DNA of 64,000 bases from an uncultured Spirochaetota bacterium (GCA_963734495.1 CAVTHK010000001.1:704001-768000); one strand, 5' to 3'; positions 50,638 through 60,873 are shown, counted from the stretch's first letter. The notes: a model not told the origin generated them from the letters alone. Numbers and translations: made by a program.

Positions 50638-50814
50638 TTGTTACATCTCCCGGACTCACGATAGTGCACCCTGCCCCGGTTTGCAACGCAAGGCCCGGCG
50701 GCCGATGGGCTTCCGCGGCCCACAGCGCCGACGCGGCAGGTCGCTGCGTGGTATATTATGGCACGTTCCAGGGACCCACGGCTGTCTGTGCCGAGGCCGC
50801 CCGCAGGGGATGTA

Positions 50815-51762
50815 ATGAACGCATCGTTTCTCTCATTCGAAATCGTCGGGCACGCGATCGCCACCGCGACCTTCATCATCTTCCTCGTCTATGTGCTCGG
50901 GAGTCGTCGGGTGCTGCGGAGGACTACGCGCCGCGCGGCTGCCGTCTACTGGGCGCTGCTCGTGGTCGGCGCCATTGCCACCGCCACCAACCTTACGCGG
51001 CTGGTGACCGTGGTCAGGGGCGGGAGCGGGATGCCCATTTCGCTCCTGGACGTGGCTTCCGAGTACGGGACCATGATCGCCCTGAGCCTGGTCATCGTGC
51101 TCCTGATCGGGCTGAGGGTGATTGCAGAGCGCCGCGAGCTGAGGCCCTGGCGCATCCTCGTCATCGGCGCCCACCCGGACGACATCGAGATCGCCTGCGG
51201 CGCTTCGATGGCGCGCCTGCACGACAGCGGTCACATCATCTGGGGTGTCATCATGACCCAGGGGGAGCGCGGCGGCAACGTCGCGATCCGGCCGGCGGAG
51301 GCGCACAGGGGCGCGAGCTTCCTCGGCCTCGACCAGGTGAAGGTGCAGGGCTTTCCCGACACCCGCCTGTCCGAGGCGTCGACCGGCATGATCGCCGTGA
51401 TCGAGGAGCAGATCGCGTCCCTCAAGCCCGACATGATCTTCACGCACTCGTTTCACGACCTGCACCAGGACCATCGGGCCGTCCACGAGGCGACGCTCAG
51501 GGCGGCGCGCAACCACACCACGATCTTCTGCTACGAGAGCCCGTCGGTCACACCCGATTTCGCGCCGACGGTATTTGTCGACGTGAGCGAATACGTCGAC
51601 GTGAAGGTCGAGAGCATCAAGGAACACTGGGACCAGCGCGGCAAACCGTACGTGCAGGGCGAACGGGTGGAGGGCATCGCGATCTTCCGCGGCGCACAGG
51701 CCAAGCTCCGCCACGCCGAGGCCTTCGAGGTCGTCCGCGCCAACTTCGCGAGCCTCGGGTAG
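50815..51762 (+). CDS. PIG-L/LmbE family de-N-acetylase with N-terminal TM segments
   Basis: IGAHPDDIE, DLHQDH, YESPS, AEAFEV; three hydrophobic helices first. Confidence 0.88.
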   Translation: MNASFLSFEIVGHAIATATFIIFLVYVLGSRRVLRRTTRRAAAVYWALLVVGAIATATNLTRLVTVVRGGSGMPISLLDVASEYGTMIALSLVIVLLIGLRVIAERRELRPWRILVIGAHPDDIEIACGASMARLHDSGHIIWGVIMTQGERGGNVAIRPAEAHRGASFLGLDQVKVQGFPDTRLSEASTGMIAVIEEQIASLKPDMIFTHSFHDLHQDHRAVHEATLRAARNHTTIFCYESPSVTPDFAPTVFVDVSEYVDVKVESIKEHWDQRGKPYVQGERVEGIAIFRGAQAKLRHAEAFEVVRANFASLG

Positions 51763-51766
51763 CGCC

Positions 51767-52633
51767 GTGGCGAGGATCCTGGTTACAGGGATCGGTGGGC
51801 CTGCCGGAAGGAACGTCGCCGCTCTGCTCGGTGCGCGAGGCCATGAAGTCGTGGGCGCGGACGCGCGAGAGGTCTCGGTGGACGGAGCTCGCTCGGTGCG
51901 CGTCCCGCTCGCGGGCGACCCGCTCTTTGTGAAAGATCTGGCGCGGGTGGCGGCGTGTGAGAGTGTGGACCTGCTCATCCCTACGGTCACGGAAGAGCTG
52001 CCGATCATCGCCGAGCGATGGAGTCTCTTCTCCCGGATTCCGGCCATGATCGGCCCCGCGGCAGCAGTTCGCACGGCCCACGACAAGTATCTGACCGCCC
52101 GCAGCCTCGCGGAGCGCGGGGTGAGCGTTCCCCGCACCTGCCTGCCGTCCGAAGTGCGCTCGCCCCGCGCGGTGGCCGATCGGCTGGGGTGGCCCTGCCT
52201 GAGCAAGCCCCGCGTCGGCCGGGGCGGCAGGGGGGTGGCGGTCTGGAAGGAGACGGACTGGACCTCGGTTGCCGCCCTGGACGACAGGTCCATCCTGCAG
52301 GAGTTCCTGCCCGGCACCGACTACTGCCCCAACCTGTTCGTCGGCAGAGCGCCCGGGTCCCGGGCGGTCGTCGTTGTGATGGAGAAGACTGAGCTCAAAG
52401 AAGGGATCGTCGGAAACGCGGTTTCCGTGCGGCGAGCGGCGGCGCCCGATGTGGCGGCCCTCGCCTCCGCGGCCGCCGCAGCGCTTGGATTCGTCGGGCC
52501 TCTCGATGTGGACGTCCGGCGGAACGCCGAAGGGAGACCGGCGGTCCTGGAGATCAACGCGCGCTTCGGGGCGAATATAGCCTTCGCCCCGGAGATCCTG
52601 GACGCGGCGCTCGCCGACTGGGGTGTCGAGTGA
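51767..52633 (+). CDS. ATP-grasp domain protein
   Basis: ILVTGIGGPAG, HDKYLT, KPRVGRGGRG, LQEFLPG, LEINARFG. Confidence 0.88.
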   Translation: MARILVTGIGGPAGRNVAALLGARGHEVVGADAREVSVDGARSVRVPLAGDPLFVKDLARVAACESVDLLIPTVTEELPIIAERWSLFSRIPAMIGPAAAVRTAHDKYLTARSLAERGVSVPRTCLPSEVRSPRAVADRLGWPCLSKPRVGRGGRGVAVWKETDWTSVAALDDRSILQEFLPGTDYCPNLFVGRAPGSRAVVVVMEKTELKEGIVGNAVSVRRAAAPDVAALASAAAAALGFVGPLDVDVRRNAEGRPAVLEINARFGANIAFAPEILDAALADWGVE

Positions 52634-53856
52634 CGAATGTCCTGTTCGCGGTCTTCGCCGTCGTCTCCTTGACGTGTTTCTCCGTGGGCGTCCTCACGCT
52701 GATCTACTATCCCCTGGCCATCGCCTTCGTGCTGCGTCGCCGGCGACCGCCCGTGTTCGAGACCGGAACGCCGCTCGTCTCCATAGTCGTTCCGGCCTAC
52801 AACGAGGCAAAGGTGATCCGCGCGTGCGTGGACTCGATCCTCGCGTCTTCCTACGCGAACCGGGAGCTGATCCTTGTCGACGATGGGTCCAGGGACGGCA
52901 CACTCGCAGAGATGCGCAGATACGCCGGCACGCTCGGAGTCACGGTGATCAGCAAGGAGAACGGGGGCAAAGCCGCGGCGCTGAACTCGGGGCTCGCTCT
53001 CGCGAAGGGCGAGATCGTCGTGTTCGTCGACGCCGACGGCATCTTTGCCCCGGACACGATCACGGAGATCCTCAAAGGCTTCGAAGACGAAAAGATCGGA
53101 GCGGTGTGCGGGAGCGATTCGCCTGCGAACCTCGATACGCTTCTCTCCCGGCTGGCAAGCCTTCAGACTCACGTAGGTACGGGGTTTGCCCGACGGGCGC
53201 TCGCCCAGATTGACTGCCTGCCCATCGTGTCGGGAAACATCGGTGCATTTCGACGCAGCGTCCTCGCGCGTACCGGACCCTTCCTCGAGGGCTTCATCGG
53301 GGAGGACCTCGAGCTCACCTGGCGGGTGCACAAGGCAGGCTACGGGGTCGCGTTCCAGCCGTGGGCCAGGGTGCGCGCCGAGACTCCATCCACGCTTCGC
53401 GGGCTGTGGAAGCAGCGCGTGCGCTGGGCGCGGGGCCTGGTGCAGACCGTGCGCATCCACCGTCGGATGCTGTTCAACCCGCGGTACGGCGTCTTCGGCA
53501 TCTACCTCGGCATCAATGCGGTGAGCATGCTCCTCGTCCCCGTCCTCCAGCTCGTCTCCATCGTCATTCTCCCCATCCTCGCCGTGCAGCAGAACAGCCC
53601 GGTCCCGGTCAACACCCTCGGGATCGTCGGGTGGCTCGGTCTCGGCTTCGCTCTCGTGGCGACGCTGTTTTCGCTCGCCCTGGACAGGGCCTGGCGGGAT
53701 CTCCGCCTCGTCTACGTCACGCCCCTCTGGATCCTGTACTCGTGGTTCATGGACGCCGTCGCGCTGTGGGCCATCGTGCTCGAGCTGCGCGGCAGGAAGG
53801 CCACGTGGGATAAGCTCGAGCGGACGGGCGTGATCAGCAAGGGAACGGGCCCGTGA
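52630..53856 (+). CDS. Processive GT2 glycosyltransferase (PgaC/IcaA-like)
   Basis: VPAYNE, DDGS, GGKA, DAD, GED, QRVRW; C-terminal TM helices; WDKLERTG. Confidence 0.9.
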   Translation: MTNVLFAVFAVVSLTCFSVGVLTLIYYPLAIAFVLRRRRPPVFETGTPLVSIVVPAYNEAKVIRACVDSILASSYANRELILVDDGSRDGTLAEMRRYAGTLGVTVISKENGGKAAALNSGLALAKGEIVVFVDADGIFAPDTITEILKGFEDEKIGAVCGSDSPANLDTLLSRLASLQTHVGTGFARRALAQIDCLPIVSGNIGAFRRSVLARTGPFLEGFIGEDLELTWRVHKAGYGVAFQPWARVRAETPSTLRGLWKQRVRWARGLVQTVRIHRRMLFNPRYGVFGIYLGINAVSMLLVPVLQLVSIVILPILAVQQNSPVPVNTLGIVGWLGLGFALVATLFSLALDRAWRDLRLVYVTPLWILYSWFMDAVALWAIVLELRGRKATWDKLERTGVISKGTGP

Positions 53857-54938
53857 GGCACGCCGCGATAGCGCTCGCCGGCCTTCTCGTCGTGGCGTTT
53901 CGACCGCCTCTCGCCGGCTGCGACCCTGCCGGGCCCCCGATCAGGGCCGTGAGACTGGACTACAGGAACATGGCCCGCAGCCTGTCCGAGGTCGATAACC
54001 TGGAAAAGAGGATGCTCGCCGCAGGCGTGAACACTGTCGCTCTCGGCGCCGGCAGGGTGGACTGGACGTACTTCAAGTGGCGCGGGCAGCGGGGCTGGTG
54101 GTCGAGCGACGTGCGCGATACGGCAGTGGACTTCCTGGCCCGCGACGTCAAGCGCTTCGGGAAGTGGGCGGCGGTCGACGCCGTGGTCGACGTGCTGGCG
54201 CCGCGCTACATCGCCGCGCACCCAGAGGCGGCGGCAGTCTCCTGGCAGGGCGAGCGCAGCACCAGCCTCGTCAGCACCGCGCAGCTCGTTGACGGTGAGT
54301 TCGGGAACCTGCTGGTGGCCATGGTCGAGTACATAGCAGCCAACTACGCCGTCACCTCGATCTCGCTCACCGAGCTTGACTACCACCGGGAGGGCTACGG
54401 CGACGATGACAAGCTCTCGTACGCCCGGTTTACGGGCCGGACGGACTGGCCGCGCAGCGCCGACGGGACCATCAACGTCGACGACCTTTCCATCGGCGCG
54501 TGGCGTTCCTATGAGATCGGGCGTTTCGTGTCGCGGGCGGCAGCTGCGGCGCGTGCCCACGGGAGAAAGCTCTACGTCGATGTCCTGGTGCCTTGGGACC
54601 AGCTCGATCGCGGCGTAGCCTCGCACGGCCAGGACTACTCAGTGCTCCTGCAGTCGGCGGATCGGCTCATCGTGTGGGACTACTTCGGCCTGTCGGGCCA
54701 CCCGCCCGAGTACACGGTCGAGATTGCGCGCTCCCTGCGTCCGCTCGGCCCGGATCGGATCATCCTGTCCGTGGGGCTCTGGCCCCAGCAGGGCGACCCG
54801 GTCTCCCCCAGCGCGATGGGCACGGCCCTGCTGTCGGCGCGTGCCGAAGGCATTACGAACCAGTGGGTCACCCCCAGCAGGCTCTTCAGCGAAGCGCACT
54901 GGCGGGCCCTGGCCGACGTCTGGGCAAAGGCGCGCTGA
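53853..54938 (+). CDS. Secreted/lipoprotein TIM-barrel glycoside-hydrolase-like protein
   Basis: LAGC lipobox-like motif; AAGVNTVAL; YIAAHPE; LTELDY; LYVDV; HGQDY; WDYF. Confidence 0.55.
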   Translation: MRHAAIALAGLLVVAFRPPLAGCDPAGPPIRAVRLDYRNMARSLSEVDNLEKRMLAAGVNTVALGAGRVDWTYFKWRGQRGWWSSDVRDTAVDFLARDVKRFGKWAAVDAVVDVLAPRYIAAHPEAAAVSWQGERSTSLVSTAQLVDGEFGNLLVAMVEYIAANYAVTSISLTELDYHREGYGDDDKLSYARFTGRTDWPRSADGTINVDDLSIGAWRSYEIGRFVSRAAAAARAHGRKLYVDVLVPWDQLDRGVASHGQDYSVLLQSADRLIVWDYFGLSGHPPEYTVEIARSLRPLGPDRIILSVGLWPQQGDPVSPSAMGTALLSARAEGITNQWVTPSRLFSEAHWRALADVWAKAR

Positions 54939-54954
54939 GGCGGCGCGGCGCCCG

Positions 54955-55347
54955 CTATTCGATCAGGCAGTCCGCTTCGACCTCAACGAGCCACTCTTTC
55001 TGAACGAGGCCTGAGACTTCGACGAACGTCGATGCGGGGCGGATCCCTGCAAAGAACTCCCCGTGCGCCCGCGCGGCTTCCTCCCAGCGCGAGATGTCGC
55101 GCAGCATCACCCGCGTCCTCACGACGTCCGACAGCGACGCCCCGGCCTTCTCGATCGAGGCCTGAATGATCTGCAGGCACCGTCGGGTCTGCCCGTAGAC
55201 ATCCCCGGGGCACGCGACGGTACCGTCGTCGGCTATCGGGGCGGTGCCCGCGACCGCAACCCAGTTCCCGACTCGAACGGCACGGGAGAACCCGATGGGC
55301 TTCTCGTACGGTGAACCCGAAGAGATCAACCGCCTCGACATCGTCAT
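54955..55347 (-). CDS. RidA/YjgF family protein
   Basis: SSGSPYEKPIGFSRAVRVG, DVVRTR, RPAST, LVEVEA. Confidence 0.9.
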   Translation of the reverse strand: MTMSRRLISSGSPYEKPIGFSRAVRVGNWVAVAGTAPIADDGTVACPGDVYGQTRRCLQIIQASIEKAGASLSDVVRTRVMLRDISRWEEAARAHGEFFAGIRPASTFVEVSGLVQKEWLVEVEADCLIE

Positions 55348-55501
55348 CCCTCTCCTTCCCGAGCCAATGTACGGTTTCACCAACCCGCCGGGAATCGCCG
55401 GATTCGCGGCCCTCCGGCACGCGCCGAGACCCGCGGCACCCGGCCGGAGCACCCGCGGCGGGAGATTGCGTTGCCTCGCGTCCTGGTTTACGCTCTCACG
55501 C

Positions 55502-57145
55502 GTGACGAGGGGAAGAAGCGCCCCTGCTATGGCAATCCTCGTGCTCTTCGCTTCGGCCGCGGCCGCGGAACAGAGCTGGGACAATCACCAGAAGATCAGG
55601 TCCCTCGACGACCCGATCTACGAGTTGATCGAGACGCTGAGCCTCGAAGCGGGGCACCCTCTGCTCTCCCAGACCCCTCCGCTCACGGATGCGCGACTTC
55701 GCTCCATCCTCGATTCGATCGACCCCGACACGCTCTCGACGGCCGGGAAAGAGGCCTGGTCGATCGTTTCGAGCGAGCTGGGCGAACGGCCCATGCTGCA
55801 GGCCCCATACTTCGGTTTCTCGACGGGAGTGCGCGCAACGCCTCAGGTGGCCTGGCGAAGTGACACGGACATCCCCTGGATCAACCGCTACGCCATCCGC
55901 CCGCCCGCCCTCGTCGCCGCGGCCGAAATCTGGTTCGGCCCGTCGGTCTATGGGTACTCCGAGCTCGATCTCGCCCACGACCCCAACGCGGTGGCAGCGG
56001 CCCCCCAGGGCGGCATCGGGCTCAATCTCATCGACATCGCGGCGCGGCCAAAGGGGATCGACGTCACGTTCCCCTTCCGTGCCTTTCTGAGCGCCGGCGG
56101 CGAGTGGTGGAACCTGTCCCTGGGAAGAGACCGGATCACGCTGGGCAGCGCCGGGGAGCGCAATCTCACGATCTCGTCGAGCCCGGAGTTCTACGATTTC
56201 GGGCGCCTGAGCCTCTTTTCTCCCGATGTCGCCTACACGTTGCTCATGATCCAGCTCGAGCCTCAGCGAAACCTCTACCTGCACCGCGTAGACTTCCGCC
56301 TCGGGGGATGGATCTCGATCGGCGTCACCGGCGCCACGCTCGTGGGCGATGCGCCGCCGGAGCTGCGCTACCTCAACCCCTTCATGATGTACCACGGCTA
56401 CATCGCGTGGGACGATTACGCCGCAGGGCACGACAACGGGGTCGGAAGCGAGTCGGGCATCGAGCTCAACATCTCGCCCGCGAAGGGTCTCGACCTGTAC
56501 GGCCAGTTCCAGTTGAACGCCATGGACGACCCGGTCAAGCGGTTCTTCTGGCCGAGCCAGGTGAGCAAGATCCCCAATTCCTTCGGAGCCCTCGCGGGCT
56601 TCAAGCTCCGCCTGCCCTTTCGCGGGGATTGGCTCCTCGCCCAGGGCACCGTGGGCTACACGACACCCTTCAACTACATCCTCACCACTCCCAGGATAAG
56701 CTACGTGTACATGAGGCCGTCTCACTCCAACTACGAAGGCGGCTCCTACAGCTCCTCCTGGATTGGAATGATCGACGGCCCGGATACGATTCTCGGAACG
56801 GTTTCCGCGGGCTACGAGAGGCCGGGCCGTTTCAGCGTCAGCCTGGACGTAACGTGGCGCGCCCGGGGCGAGAATGCCGACACCTCGATCTTCGATTGGG
56901 CGTCGACGAGCACGATCAACAACTGGAACGCTCCGGATGCGCCTCCCGGGCTTTCCAAGGAAAGAACCCCCACCGGCACGCCGGAGTACTCCTTGACCGT
57001 CGGCACGCGCGCCGGCAGCAACGTGACCGAATGGATGGAGCTCGGCGGCGCGCTCTACTGGACGGGCCGGTGGAACGCCGCTCACGAATCCGGCGCCTTC
57101 GACAACTCCGTCGAGCTGGACCTCTCGGTGACGCTGCACATCTGA
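55502..57145 (+). CDS. Outer-membrane protein, capsule assembly Wzi-like
   Basis: Signal peptide; DDPIYELIETL, FPFRAFLSAG, LSLGRDRITLG, LYLHRVDF, YLNPF, LYGQFQLN; start 55502 or 55529. Confidence 0.6.
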   Translation: MTRGRSAPAMAILVLFASAAAAEQSWDNHQKIRSLDDPIYELIETLSLEAGHPLLSQTPPLTDARLRSILDSIDPDTLSTAGKEAWSIVSSELGERPMLQAPYFGFSTGVRATPQVAWRSDTDIPWINRYAIRPPALVAAAEIWFGPSVYGYSELDLAHDPNAVAAAPQGGIGLNLIDIAARPKGIDVTFPFRAFLSAGGEWWNLSLGRDRITLGSAGERNLTISSSPEFYDFGRLSLFSPDVAYTLLMIQLEPQRNLYLHRVDFRLGGWISIGVTGATLVGDAPPELRYLNPFMMYHGYIAWDDYAAGHDNGVGSESGIELNISPAKGLDLYGQFQLNAMDDPVKRFFWPSQVSKIPNSFGALAGFKLRLPFRGDWLLAQGTVGYTTPFNYILTTPRISYVYMRPSHSNYEGGSYSSSWIGMIDGPDTILGTVSAGYERPGRFSVSLDVTWRARGENADTSIFDWASTSTINNWNAPDAPPGLSKERTPTGTPEYSLTVGTRAGSNVTEWMELGGALYWTGRWNAAHESGAFDNSVELDLSVTLHI

Positions 57146-57161
57146 CGCTGCACATCTGACG
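57129..57161 (+). repeat. 14-bp tandem duplication over the stop codon
   Basis: (TGACGCTGCACATC)x2 + TGACG. Confidence 0.85.
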
Positions 57162-57286
57162 GTGATGCTCTCCGGGACGCCGCGCCGACACGGCGCCGCG
57201 GAGAGCACCCTATTCCTTGCCAAACGCAGTCCACTCCTCAATAATGCAGGCGTCTGGCCGACAGTCGGACCGTGCAGGGAGAGATC

Positions 57287-58678
57287 ATGGTCTGGAACTC
57301 CATCCCCGTTCTCATGATGGCCGCGATCACCGCGTATATCCTCCTGTACCATCTGACCAAGTTCCTGCTCCAGAAGGGGCTCGAAGACCTGTACTTCGCG
57401 CTCCTCTGCCTCTCGGTAATCCTCTACGACGTCTTCAGCATCGGGTTGTACGGTTCCACCGACGTCAGCGTCAGCATCGGGTGGCAGCGGGGCCAGCTCT
57501 TTTCCGTCTCGATGATCGCGACCTTCACGGTCTTCTTCATCTACCGGATCACCGAGACCAGGGTCAACGTCGTCTTTCCTCTGCTCGCCGGCGCATACGG
57601 CCTGCTGGGCCTGATGGCGTTCCTGCCCTTCGATTGGGTCCTCTCGGCGGGCGCCCCGATGATCCGGTCGTTCAGCCTGTTCTCGCTCCCTGTCCGCTAC
57701 TACGAGGCCAGGCCCGGCATGCTGATGAACGTGCTGTTCGTCGCGGTCTGCGTCGGCATGGCCTACGGCTACCGGCTCCTGTTCAGGTCCTATTCCGCGG
57801 GCAACCAGAAAGCGATGCTCCCGCTGATCATAGCGTTCACGCTGTTCTTCCTGACCAACATCTCCGACATGCTCAACGCTGTCGGGATCATACAGACCGT
57901 CTACCTGATCGAGTACTCGTTTCTGGCGCTTGCCCTGGTGATGGAGTATTCGCTCCTCAAGCAGTTCGTCGAGATGAACGACCAGGTGGAGTCGATGAAC
58001 GTCGTCCTCGAGCAGGAGGTGCAGAACAGGACCGGTCAGATCGAGACTCTGATCGGCCGGCTCAGCGAGAGGAACCGGGAGCTGGAGCAGACCAACCTCA
58101 GGCTCCAGGAGATCGCCGAGCGGGACAGCCTGACGGAGCTCCTCAACCACGCCGCCTTCCTCAGGCGTCTGCGCGAGATTCTCAACGAAGCCCGCAGGAA
58201 CCACTTCTCGTTCGCCGTGCTGATGTTCGACGTGGATTCCTTTAAGAGCCTGAACGATGCCTACGGGCACCTCGCGGGCGACGCGGTGCTCAAGCGGATA
58301 TCGGACGTGCTGCGGGGGCAGGCCAGAAGCTACGACGTCAAGTCGCGGCTTTCCGAGATCCAGGAGAACCTGCCCTTGCGCAACTACGACGTCGCGGGCA
58401 GGTACGGCGGAGACGAGTTTGCCCTGATACTCCCCTATTGCGGCGACGCGGAAGCCGAGATCGTGTGCGGGCGCGTCATCGCGAACATACACGCGGTCCG
58501 GCTGGAAGAGCACCCGGAGCTGCGAATCACGGTCAGCCTCGGCGGAACGGTGCTGCGAAAAGACACGGAATGCGAGAACGAACAGGCTCTGCTCAAGATA
58601 GCGGACCGCGAGCTCTATCGCTCGAAAACGGGGGGAAGGGACCGGTATCACATCGCGCCCTACCGGAAGGCGGAGTGA
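57287..58678 (+). CDS. Membrane diguanylate cyclase (multi-TM sensor, coiled coil, GGDEF)
   Basis: About 7 TM helices; RDSLTELLN, DVDSFKSLNDAYGHLAGD, RYGGDEF. Confidence 0.9.
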   Translation: MVWNSIPVLMMAAITAYILLYHLTKFLLQKGLEDLYFALLCLSVILYDVFSIGLYGSTDVSVSIGWQRGQLFSVSMIATFTVFFIYRITETRVNVVFPLLAGAYGLLGLMAFLPFDWVLSAGAPMIRSFSLFSLPVRYYEARPGMLMNVLFVAVCVGMAYGYRLLFRSYSAGNQKAMLPLIIAFTLFFLTNISDMLNAVGIIQTVYLIEYSFLALALVMEYSLLKQFVEMNDQVESMNVVLEQEVQNRTGQIETLIGRLSERNRELEQTNLRLQEIAERDSLTELLNHAAFLRRLREILNEARRNHFSFAVLMFDVDSFKSLNDAYGHLAGDAVLKRISDVLRGQARSYDVKSRLSEIQENLPLRNYDVAGRYGGDEFALILPYCGDAEAEIVCGRVIANIHAVRLEEHPELRITVSLGGTVLRKDTECENEQALLKIADRELYRSKTGGRDRYHIAPYRKAE

Positions 58679-58727
58679 CCCCCGCGCGGGACCTGGTGCG
58701 ACGGCCTGACGCGCGCGCCCGGCCCTC

Positions 58728-59393
58728 CTAGGACCTGACCACGAGGTTCCCCAGCTCGTTCGTGTCGTCGGGCTTGATCGGGAAGTGCGCGCGCAGGTGC
58801 TCGGCGCAGCGTGTCACGGCCCGGCAGATCGCTTCGGCGTGCTCCCTGCGGCCAAAACCCTGCGCGACGATGTCGACCACCTCCTGCCACGTTTGGGGAG
58901 GCACCTTCTCGTTGATCCCGCGGTCGGCGAGGACGCAGGCCCTGCGTTCGAAGGTCGAGATGAAGATGAGAATCCCGGTGCGATCGCGCGTGTTGGCGAC
59001 CCCTTCGCGATAGAAGCCTGTGAGAGCCGCCTCCTCGACCTCCTCCTGCATCTCCGCGTGCGTGACGAACAGGCGCCTGACCGCCGGGACGCGCTTCGCC
59101 AGCTCGTAGGCGACCAGGAACGCGAAGGCGAACACGACGGGGAAGAGCCACAGGTCGAACACGGTGAAGGCGCCCCACGGCTTGCGCAGGCTCTCGACCG
59201 TCAGCGCGGCCACCGCGATGACGAGACCTGCGATCAGGGCGCCGAGCAGGCTGGCGGCCGGGTAGTGGGAGCTCGCCGGGACGACCATCGGCACGATCTC
59301 GCCCGAAGTGGTTTTTTCCGCCTCGCCTACGCAGCGGCGGACCCGCTCCTGCTCGTCCGCGGACAGAAACGCCTTGCCTTTCTTCATGCTCAC
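58728..59393 (-). CDS. TPM-domain membrane protein
   Basis: AEKTTSGEIV, TRDRTGILIFIS, LADRGIN, DDTNEL. Confidence 0.88.
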   Translation of the reverse strand: MSMKKGKAFLSADEQERVRRCVGEAEKTTSGEIVPMVVPASSHYPAASLLGALIAGLVIAVAALTVESLRKPWGAFTVFDLWLFPVVFAFAFLVAYELAKRVPAVRRLFVTHAEMQEEVEEAALTGFYREGVANTRDRTGILIFISTFERRACVLADRGINEKVPPQTWQEVVDIVAQGFGRREHAEAICRAVTRCAEHLRAHFPIKPDDTNELGNLVVRS

Positions 59394-59399
59394 CTCGGG

Positions 59400-60292
59400 C
59401 TACCAGCGACCGGAAGCCCCGCCTCCGCCGAAACCGCCGCCTCCCCCCGAGAAGCCGCCCCCGGAGGACCCGCCGGATGAGCCGCCGCCCGACGACCAGC
59501 CGCCGCCCGACCAGCCGCCGGTCGGGAACCCGCCGCCGCCGCGGTAGCGGCTGCCGCTGAAGTTGAGCAGGCTCGGCAGGAACAGCCCGGCGCCGAACCC
59601 GAGCGGCACCATTCCGAGCAGCGCGAGCCCGCCCAGCGACCAGGAGATCCGGCCGAGCAGCGGGAGGAGCGCCGCGCCCATGATGCCGCCGCCGATGCGC
59701 TTGCGGGACCCCGCCACCGCCGTCATGAACGCGAAGAGAACCGCCAGCGGCAGGAGCAGCCCGGAAGGGGCCGCGTCCTCCGACGGCAGCTTTCCCGTGC
59801 CCTGGTACTCTCCCTTGACCGCCGAGATGATGTCATCGACCCCCAGCGTGAAGCCTTCATCGAAATTCCCTTCCTTGAAGCGGGGGACGATGACCCGGTC
59901 GATGATGCGGCCGGCCAGCAGGTCGGTGAGCTTTCCTTCGAGGCCGAAGCCGACCTCGATGCGCAAGGCATGGTCGTCGCGCGAGACGAGGAGGATCGCG
60001 CCGTTGTCGTGTTCCTTGGTGCCGATCTTCCACGCTTCCGCGACCCTGATGGAGAAGCCCTCGAGATCCTCGCCCTCGAGCGAAGGGATGGTGAGCACCG
60101 CCACCTGCGTCGAGTCCGAGGCTTCGAGGGCCTCGAGCTTCGAGGAGATCGCCTGCTCGGCGGCCGCGGACATCATCTCGCCGTAGTCGTTCACGCGGCC
60201 GCGGAGGGCCGGCACGTCCAGGGCGGAGGCGACGGCCCCCGCGAGACCGAGGAGAAGAACGGCAGCGAGTCCGCGGGCCGCTTTGTTTTCAA
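59400..60292 (-). CDS. TPM-domain protein (YgcG-like); signal peptide frameshifted near 60285
   Basis: [35 protein letters not shown], Gly-rich tail GGGGASGRW. Confidence 0.88.
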
Positions 60293-60873
60293 AACGCGAC
60301 CTTGGGGGCTTCCTTGGCCTTTTCGTCGGCCTTGAAGTACTCCTTGCGCTCGAGGTGCAGGAGGATGCTGTTCGTCAGGGAGTTGGGGAAGCTCCTGATC
60401 GAGTAGTTGAAGGTCTCCACCGCGGCGTTGTATCGCTGGCGCGCCACGCTGATGCGGTTCTCGGTGCCCTCGAGCTGGTTCTGAAGGTCCTGGAAGTTCT
60501 GGTTGGCCTTGAGGTCGGGATAGGCCTCCGCGACGGCGAGAAGGCGTCCGAGCGACGAGGACAGGGCGTTCTGTGCGGCCTGGAACCGCTCGACCGCCTG
60601 CGGGTTGTTCAGGTCCTCGGCCTTGAGCGTGATCGAGGTGGCTTTGGCGCGCGCGTCGACGACCGCCTGCAGGGTGTCTTTTTCATGAGTGGCGTAACCC
60701 TTGACTGTGGCGACGAGGTTCGGGATGAGGTCCGACCGGCGCTGGAGCTGCGACTCCAGATCGCCCCAGGCCTTGGAGACCGCCTCGTCGTTTCCCTGCA
60801 TCGTGTTGTAGCCGCAGGCCGAGAGCGCGACGACGACCGCGACCAGAATTGTCCCGCGAATCCAGTTTTTCAT
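60289..60873 (-). CDS. lemA: LemA family protein
   Basis: [41 protein letters not shown]. Confidence 0.93.
   Translation of the reverse strand: MKNWIRGTILVAVVVALSACGYNTMQGNDEAVSKAWGDLESQLQRRSDLIPNLVATVKGYATHEKDTLQAVVDARAKATSITLKAEDLNNPQAVERFQAAQNALSSSLGRLLAVAEAYPDLKANQNFQDLQNQLEGTENRISVARQRYNAAVETFNYSIRSFPNSLTNSILLHLERKEYFKADEKAKEAPKVAF

Noticed and set aside
55496-58651. 1051-aa minus-strand ORF (and similar long ORFs at 36801-39497, 34048-36222, 25251-27452, 20222-22015)
   Set aside because: Antisense shadows of real high-GC genes; no motifs
59400-59545. GCC-rich repeats
   Set aside because: Encode the normal Gly-rich tail of TPM-domain proteins
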